DNA of 56,056 nucleotides, counting the filler, from Sphacelaria rigidula (taxonomy: Eukaryota): assembly GCA_964200075.2 (NCBI GenBank). It is 6 parts of 6 records of this genome, joined end to end, with 100 filler letters (N's around TTAATTAATTAA, not from the genome) between each part and the next. Parts side by side here need not be neighbours in the genome. Positions count along the whole stretch, not along the records: positions 46,799 to 56,056 come from CAXNAA020008902.1; 5 more parts are not named here. One strand, written 5' to 3'. The position numbers and the translations under genes were made by a program. The notes beneath the pieces are model-generated. The model searched no databases. It saw nothing but the letters and a program-made list of their open reading frames with translations, and had not been told where the DNA came from. The stretch's first letter is position 1, and the number at the start of each line of letters is the position of its first letter. Positions 49,347 to 56,056 of the stretch are shown in pieces.

Positions 49347-52300
49347 TCACCATAGCACTTCTTCCACGACGTCGTCATCATCATCGATGCCATCCAATTC
49401 CCATCCAGTCGGTCTTGCCCCTTCTTCCTGCAACACCATCGAGCCAGATCCCGCTGCCGTCGCCACCGACAGCACCTGTGGCGGCGGCGGCGGTGGCGGC
49501 GGTCGTTGAGGAAGGTGACGTTCGGAAACATCCTCCTGCCCGAAAACATCCTCCAGGGCACCGGAACCGGTGCGTGCGGGTGAGAACAACGTCGCTGTAC
49601 CAGCTTGTATGTCGTGGATGCCAATACTTGGGTTTCGTGAAGAATATCGACTGTCAGTGCCACGGACCCGGTCCGAGGAAGAGAGAAGAGGGGTATCGGC
49701 AACATCGGTGACGACGAAGGGGTCTGACGAGGAAGATGATGCGCGTGACGGATGCATGGAGGCGTGCAAAGTGGACGGGAACTCGGCACAAAATGTCCCT
49801 GATGAAGGGTGAGGGCCGCGTGCATCGCCGCTAACGGCGATGGTCACGGCGGGAGAGGAGGAAGCGGGAAGCGGCTGTACCAGACGGCAGAGGGCCAGTG
49901 AGGAAAAAGGAAGGAGGGTGGTCAACCGTTCGAGTATCGCCCCGGACCTCCGAAAAAAGTAAGCCTGGTCAACACACGAAAATTTTGATGAAGAACAAGT
50001 GTGTGGGAGGAGTGGGTAAAAACGGGTTGGTTGTCAAGAAAGAGGAAACCATCTTGCCGTGGACAATTTCATTTCAGAAGGGCTGAAAGCAAAGAAAGCA
50101 TAGTCTCGCAGGATGGTAACTGTGTGCAGATCTGCGTACCTCCCCCCGTCAAAATAGACTGCCGCGACTTGAACGTCCTCCAATGCCCACAAAAGTGGCT
50201 TTCATGTTGTTTGTCTACTCACCTGACACCCAACGAGCGCCGACATCTGCGGCACCAGCATCGTCCCTCGCTCACCCTGCACCCGGTCAATGTCTGCTGA
50301 TATCTCCTGAGTCATCCCATTCGCTACTGAGGCCGCCATCTCCATCGAGGTCGCCAGGCTCTGCGTCTGTTCAGCCATGACCCCCGAGAGGTCCCTGTTT
50401 CGGTCTTTCTGCTGAGCCGCCTCGGCCGCGCGCAACTTGACTTCGGCTTGTTCGAAGTCTACCTGTGCGCACATACGGGTGTGTGTGTGTGTGCAAAAAG
50501 ACTCGGGCTCCCATCCAGTACCGTATACCTCCCGCGATCAAGTTCAGCGCTCTTTCTTGCACGGTTGGGCGCCCGCGCCTATCTTCGGTCGTCACATCAC
50601 ATTGCCGCTTACTTAGGCCCGAACACATCTGCATGCTCTCGTAATATCCCGGGGTGGTGGTTAATTTCACCCAACACTCAGAGGCGGCCAGCAACGATGA
50701 ATCACGGGTGTCTGCAGGACGTGCGTATTTCGGGGATTGCACACTCCACTTTTCCTAAGCAACAGTCTCGCGTGAACAGGGTAGACTCAAGATAGAGGGT
50801 AATATATCTCACCAGCAGCTCCCGCCGACGCGCGATTTTCTTGTAAATGATTGGAAACCGGCTCAGCAGCGCTGCCGTTTGTTGCAGCACCATATCTTCT
50901 GCCACTCTTCCGATTCCCCACACAACGAAAAAAAACAGGGCGGGTGGAGGAACACTGGAGTGTGGCTTTGGTACTCCTACGGAATGCAGTAGCACTGGTG
51001 AGGCGTGTGCCAATCGCGTGGGCCTGCGGCTTTTCTCCCGATAAAATCATCACATAAAGTCTGGGTATATATATCGTTTTTGCGGGAATATGGCCTCCCG
51101 GTGCCTACGAGATTCGAGTCAATGATGTATGTCCCGTCTAGAAGTCTCCTTCATCAAGTAGGGCTATCCGTAACCAACAACTCTACATTTGCAGCAACAA
51201 CTTGCTTGTGGGCACACCTGTGAGCCGGCTCCCGTATAACTGCATCGATCGAGTGATGAGCCGAGCTGTACATTCGTGCCTGCCAGTCATAGAAATATGG
51301 GGAGGAGCAGACTCAGATGGCCGAAATCAGGCGTGGGAGAAACAGCAGAGCGTACCCACCTCCTGTGTAGAGTACAATCGGTACGACAAAGTTTTGTCTT
51401 GCACCGGTTCGTGGGTCCGTTCTCACTACCCGTCTATACTCTGTCTCCCACGTCTGCCTGTCTGACCCTATTTCGCTCTTTTGCTCACAATATCCTTCAG
51501 AGGCGACTCGTGCTGTGGGCCGCCCTCTCCCGCTAGCTTGACCAGACCCTCTCCGATGGCGGCCGACGCCTGGCACATGGTGTCCCAGCTTGCGAGATAC
51601 TGCCGCATGTTCTCCTGGAGTCCGCTCAGCGTCTTCTGCAGCTCGTCCAGGCTGATGGGTTCTCGTTCGTGCACAACATATTTTGTAGCAGCGATGTTGG
51701 CTTCATGGCAGTTGGCGCCGATCGCCCATGGCTACGCGGGTGGTTAGACTGCATTGCACCAATCAACTTGCCCTATTCTCTACTTGTACTTTTGCGAAAA
51801 GCAACTAACTTGTTGTTTCACGGTTTAGCGGAGGAATACGCAAAACTGTGATGAACAGGGTCTGACAACATGCCATCCTTGAAAAGGACAGGACTGAAAG
51901 GTTGCCGCTGGATGGATTCCTCTGCAAGATGAAGGGCGAAAAATGGCCAATGTCCACATCAAGCGATCTTGATATCAGAAGCGAAATGCGCGAACGGACT
52001 CCTTGCAAGACAGCGTGGTGGTGTATCTCATCAAACTTCAGGCGCTGGCTCTATGCGGGCTACGGTGCGGTTTGGCGCTACTGGCGAAAATGCGGATGAA
52101 TGTACAATCCAGTACTACTGCAGTATCACCTTTTGTGTTTCAGCTCCATTTACTCTGTGCTCAATCAATGCACTCACTCTTTCTTTTTTTTGGCGAAGAC
52201 TGGGTCATTCTCCTTCTCGGTCTTGTTGGCCTGTGACACCCACGACTGTCGGGATAGAAAGCACAGAGCGCGGCACACGAGTAGTACAGATAGTGCAGCG

Positions 52301-52429
52301 CAGGGTACAGAGAGAATGGTACCGGTTGGCAATCCGCCCGCTTTTTTTGTTCTATATGAAGGATGAAAAGGTATGCCTTGATTTCGTGCTTACCAGCAGT
52401 CCTCGTGTTCTCCTTCCGAAGCCCATCAT
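49347..52429 (-). CDS. BAR-domain protein (amphiphysin/BIN/Rvs-like), ~426 aa; exons 52394-52429, 52178-52245 (or -52230), 51489-51651, 51218-51279, 50813-50906, 50223-50462, 49347-49964
   Basis: All introns GT-AG with consistent phases (0,2,0,2,0,0). Spliced product MMGFGRRTRGLL|..ANKTEKENDPVFAKKKKD|LDELQKTLSGLQENMRQYL...KDI|ARMYSSAHHSIDAVIREPAHR|VAEDMVLQQTAALLSRFPIIYKKIARRRELL|VDFEQAEVKL...LVGCQ|AYFFRRSG... resembles the amphiphysin motif FPxIKxRIAKRxRKLVDYD. Pro-rich and acidic C-terminal tail. Confidence 0.82.
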
Positions 52430-53344
52430 GCTGCTCACGGGTATGGCTGGTGATGGGACAGGAGCTCACACTGCAACGATCCTGGACACTAACGTCTATC
52501 ACACTTATCATGTTCCAGTTTGATATCGGATAATGGCATTACGTGTTTTTTGTGTTGGAATATGATTGAACAATGTGTAGGGTCATGGGCGGGTGTGCAT
52601 ACCTCCACCGCGGGCAATCACTACAGACTACTGTTGCACTGTCTATATACACAACCAAAGCAGAGGTAAGCCAGTACACTGTGCTGGACATAACTTCCTA
52701 CGGATAATATCAAAAGCATGCACCTGCTCTGTGCTTGTCCTCTGAAAGATAGCCCTTTGCCATGCATTTCCCCGAACTGACGCACTGTTCTTCCGACGGA
52801 TACCAATTTTTCAGACACGCTCAGTGGACACTACAGCAAGTAGCGCAGTGGACTCTACAGCGAGTAGCCACATATCATGAAGATTCTCCTAGTTCTTACT
52901 TCTGCCGCCATGATGGGGGATAAGGAGACAGGTGAGATTGCCCCCAGCGACATGAATATCCACATCGTTACGCTGTGGCGCCTAGACGTCATACGCTGGT
53001 GTACTGTAGCCATGGTCTTTGTTTTTGACACTTGCGACTACAAGATCTTGTAGTATGACGACTTCGTTGCCCCAATCCCGTCCATCGCACCAACGGCACC
53101 GAGTCCATCGGTGCGAGTCGTCATGTAACACTTGAACCAAGATCAGCTATCTCTTCGTTGTTTCCCACGATTCTCGAACGGCTTTAACCCTGGATTTCTG
53201 TGTTGATGGACACACGTGCGCTACTCAAGCCTCATGTACCACAGAGAGGTCAAAACGTTTTTTTTTCTGTCCAGGCCCGGTTTGGGCTTCATTTCCCTCG
53301 GCTAGCTGGCTAAAGCCCATAACAGTTCAGTATAGCAGTCAGCA

Positions 53345-53975
53345 TCCGACGTTTTCAGGATTCGTAGTTGTTGTAGTTTTTGAGTTTTTCTCGAGTTTTA
53401 TTCTTCATTACTTCTTGAAAGTGCTTGCGCCAGTATATTTATGGGAAAGCGTAGGCTGCGCTCCAACTGCAGTGCCCAAATTGGTGTTTTTGAGGCGATA
53501 CGGACTGGATACCCCGTTTATCAGGAGGGTGTTATTGACCATTATTGGTCCAATAAAAACAATGTTCCGGCTCCTGCGCAACAAAACGGTCAATATTCAG
53601 ATAAATGAATACGTATACAATTCTTCGCAGTAACGATCGAGATCATGTTTGCCTCCTATACTGCACAGACCTCAGTCACGCGTTTTCTTCGGATGGCCTC
53701 TTTTCGGGTTTTTTTCGCACAATTGTTTTCATGAGCACTCGAAAGTGCTAGCCTCGATAGCTTCGGCAAAATAAGCAGACCGTGCTCAAATCACAATGCC
53801 CAAGTTGGTGTTGTGGGGGCGATACTGAGTAAAGACTTCGTTTTTCAGGAGGGTGTTATCGACCGTGAATGGGTCAAGAAACATCGTTTTCCGGCTTTAG
53901 CGCAGTTAACAGGTGAAGTTTCGAAAAAATAATCCTTTTTGAGTCTTCACTTACATGATCGGGATCGAGTCGGTC
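53345..53975. repeat. Diverged tandem duplication, period ~325 bp
   Basis: GAAAGTGCT, TGCCCAA(A/G)TTGGTGTT, TCAGGAGGGTGTTAT and TTCCGGCT each recur ~325 bp apart. Confidence 0.7.
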
Positions 53976-54084
53976 CACCAAAAATACCGAAAAGCTAGAA
54001 CCTGGGGTTGCACTTTCTCAGGAGTCCCGAAGATCAGTCAAGCCCGTAAGTCACTCAATATTGTCTTTCCATTGTTAAATAAAT

Positions 54085-54418
54085 AAAACCAACCATCCAA
54101 CCATCCATCCTCAAACAATCCTTCATTATTTAATTAATGAAGTAAATGTCTTCCCCTCTGTCCAAAAAATACAATCCAAACATCCATCCATCCATCCTCA
54201 ATCAACCTTCAAATAATTAATTAATTAATTAAAGTATTAATATTTTATATTATATTATATTATTATATTACATTATCCTTAACTAATTGATTAATTAAAT
54301 TATTCATTTCACTAAAACTGTCTTCCCTCTGTCCAAAAAATACAATCCAAACATCCATCCATCCATCCTCAATCAACCTTCAATTAATTAATCCATTAAT
54401 TCATTAAAGTATTAATGT
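54085..54418. repeat. AT-rich tandem repeat, about 2.5 units, with (CCAT)n core
   Basis: CTCTGTCCAAAAAATACAATCCAAACATCCATCCATCCATCCTCAATCAACCTTCAA twice plus a partial copy. Confidence 0.85.
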
Positions 54419-55840
54419 TTGTAAATTACATTGGTCGCTGATATACTTTTTCAATATATGTCAAGAGGATAAAAATATCCTTAGATGCCCATTTTCTGGC
54501 AACCAACAGTCACTGTGATGAGCGGCGGCAAGCGAAACAAATGTGGAAAATCTTTGAGAAACTAAGAAATTACGAATTCTGCATACTTCTGACGCTGAGT
54601 ACTGTATCGATGATAATTTCACAAGCACCATATCATCATGAAACAAGCTCATACGGTACCCCTTCGAAGGGGGGCAGTGCTCTAGCACACGAGGTCACAC
54701 ACGCAAGAGAGATACATGTTTGCGTTAGCTGTATGATATCCCGTGTGTAGATTGCTTGGTCATCTTCGCCATTGCGTCTCTACACAATTTCTATCGCGGT
54801 GCCAACTGTATCTTTACCGCAAGATGTGCCAACCCTGGCCAGGCGGCGGGCATCGCGTGAGTACTTTCTGTACGGCACCGATCAACACGAGCCATCCCGA
54901 ACAAAAGCACCATGGCCAACAATAGAGAACTACAGTAGCAGCATTGTTACCGATATAGAGTCTAGTCCTTTTCTGGGGTTATGCCATCCGGGAGCATGAA
55001 ACAACGCACAGCGACAACGATAGCACCGTCTTACAGTATCTCATGCCCCGTATCCAAAGCCGTGCAGGATACAGGAGGCGAAAGCTAACCACAAATGGAG
55101 ACTGCAACGCCAACCGCCGCCACCGCAACCATACCGCGGGCACGACGACGCTCATAGCGAACGTTGGATACACCAACTCGTATGCAGAAAGACGAAGCAC
55201 TCATGGCGGGGCCGTTGTTGTCCTGGATACCATCTTTCCGCAGCACGGTCCTGTGCTGTGGCTGCGGTGGCTGCGGGGACCAGAATGCCAGTGAACACGA
55301 GTGTGACGGAGTCTATACTAAAACCAAGTTTGCGGTATACAATGCGACATATAATGTAGAGGGACTAGTAATAATTTTAATTAATTTACTTGAAACTAGT
55401 TTATGCGCTAAATAATTTGACCCGTACCCATGGACCCGCCGCCCGCACCAACCTGAAGTAATGCGAAGACATCCACTTTTTTTTCTTGTTCTCACTTTGA
55501 CTCGTCCCCTTCCTCGCGTCGAGTCCGTGGTCTCGAGGGATCAACTCTTCCCCCCCTCGGTACATGCCTTACAGTCTGGTACCGCAAATTGGATCTGCAA
55601 TTCCCCCTTGCGTCGACTGTCATCTTTCAAACTCACACTTATAACGACGGAAATCAGACACAAGTATGAGTCGTACATGCAAGAAGAAAGACAAACCAGA
55701 CTCATCTGGTGGATTTGGAATGAAAACACGTTCTGGACGAGATGAGAACACTTGGGACTGTCAGTGCCTACAGTATAAAGACCTTCACTCTGAAATCAAG
55801 TACCAACCATTGTGTACGACCAACTGGTAATGTCTACTGG

Positions 55841-55883
55841 CCGGTCACCCCGGTGGCTCAGTTGGTAACCTCGTAACCTCCTG
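55841..55883 (+). mobile_element. SINE-A head fragment
   Basis: CCGGTCACCCCGGTGGCTCAGTTGGTAACCTCG, after which homology stops abruptly. Confidence 0.7.
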
Positions 55884-56056
55884 AGGGCCCTTCTTAGGGC
55901 CTGTCTTAACGAAGGGGATAATCCCCTTTTTCACAATCCCCTTTTGACAGGGGATTGACCCCATAACGACCAGCCCCGAGTCCTACGAGCTGGGCCAGCC
56001 CAGAAACGGATTTAACCTGGCAGAGCAATATCTCATCACCGGAAACGAATCGGGCG

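Noticed and set aside
50520-50630. Extra BAR exon (MCSGLSKRQ...)
   Set aside because: Direct splicing 50813 to 50462 restores the RRRELL-VDF BAR motif; including this segment breaks the phase.
62-52429. Membrane-remodelling gene cluster (flotillin + kinase + BAR)
   Set aside because: The three genes are on different, artificially joined contigs.
54214-54235. TTAATTAATTAA as another linker
   Set aside because: No flanking Ns; part of a natural AT-rich tandem repeat.

Overview
Eukaryotic, intron-rich and repeat-rich genomic DNA, most consistent with a brown alga or other stramenopile (inference from splice style, repeat types and Ty3 lineages). It is not one locus: six unrelated ~9.26-kb contigs (1-9261, 9362-18621, 18722-27981, 28082-37340, 37441-46698, 46799-56056) are joined by artificial 100-nt N/TTAATTAATTAA/N linkers. 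Three spliced host genes can be built by hand: the 3' end of a flotillin (+), the 3' end of a kinase-like gene with DFG replaced by LYG (-), and an apparently complete 7-exon amphiphysin/BIN-type BAR gene (-). The rest is transposon debris: a multi-copy tRNA-derived SINE, several MITE and fold-back families, a decayed chromodomain-bearing Ty3/gypsy pol containing an antisense RT fragment, and possible Crypton and KDZ remnants. The two most unusual structures are a TIR-bounded element carrying a 42-bp-period two-repeat/two-spacer array (two copies), and a tandem of ~200-bp cassettes in mixed orientation joined by a ~60-bp palindrome. Most short ORFs in the ORF track are spurious.
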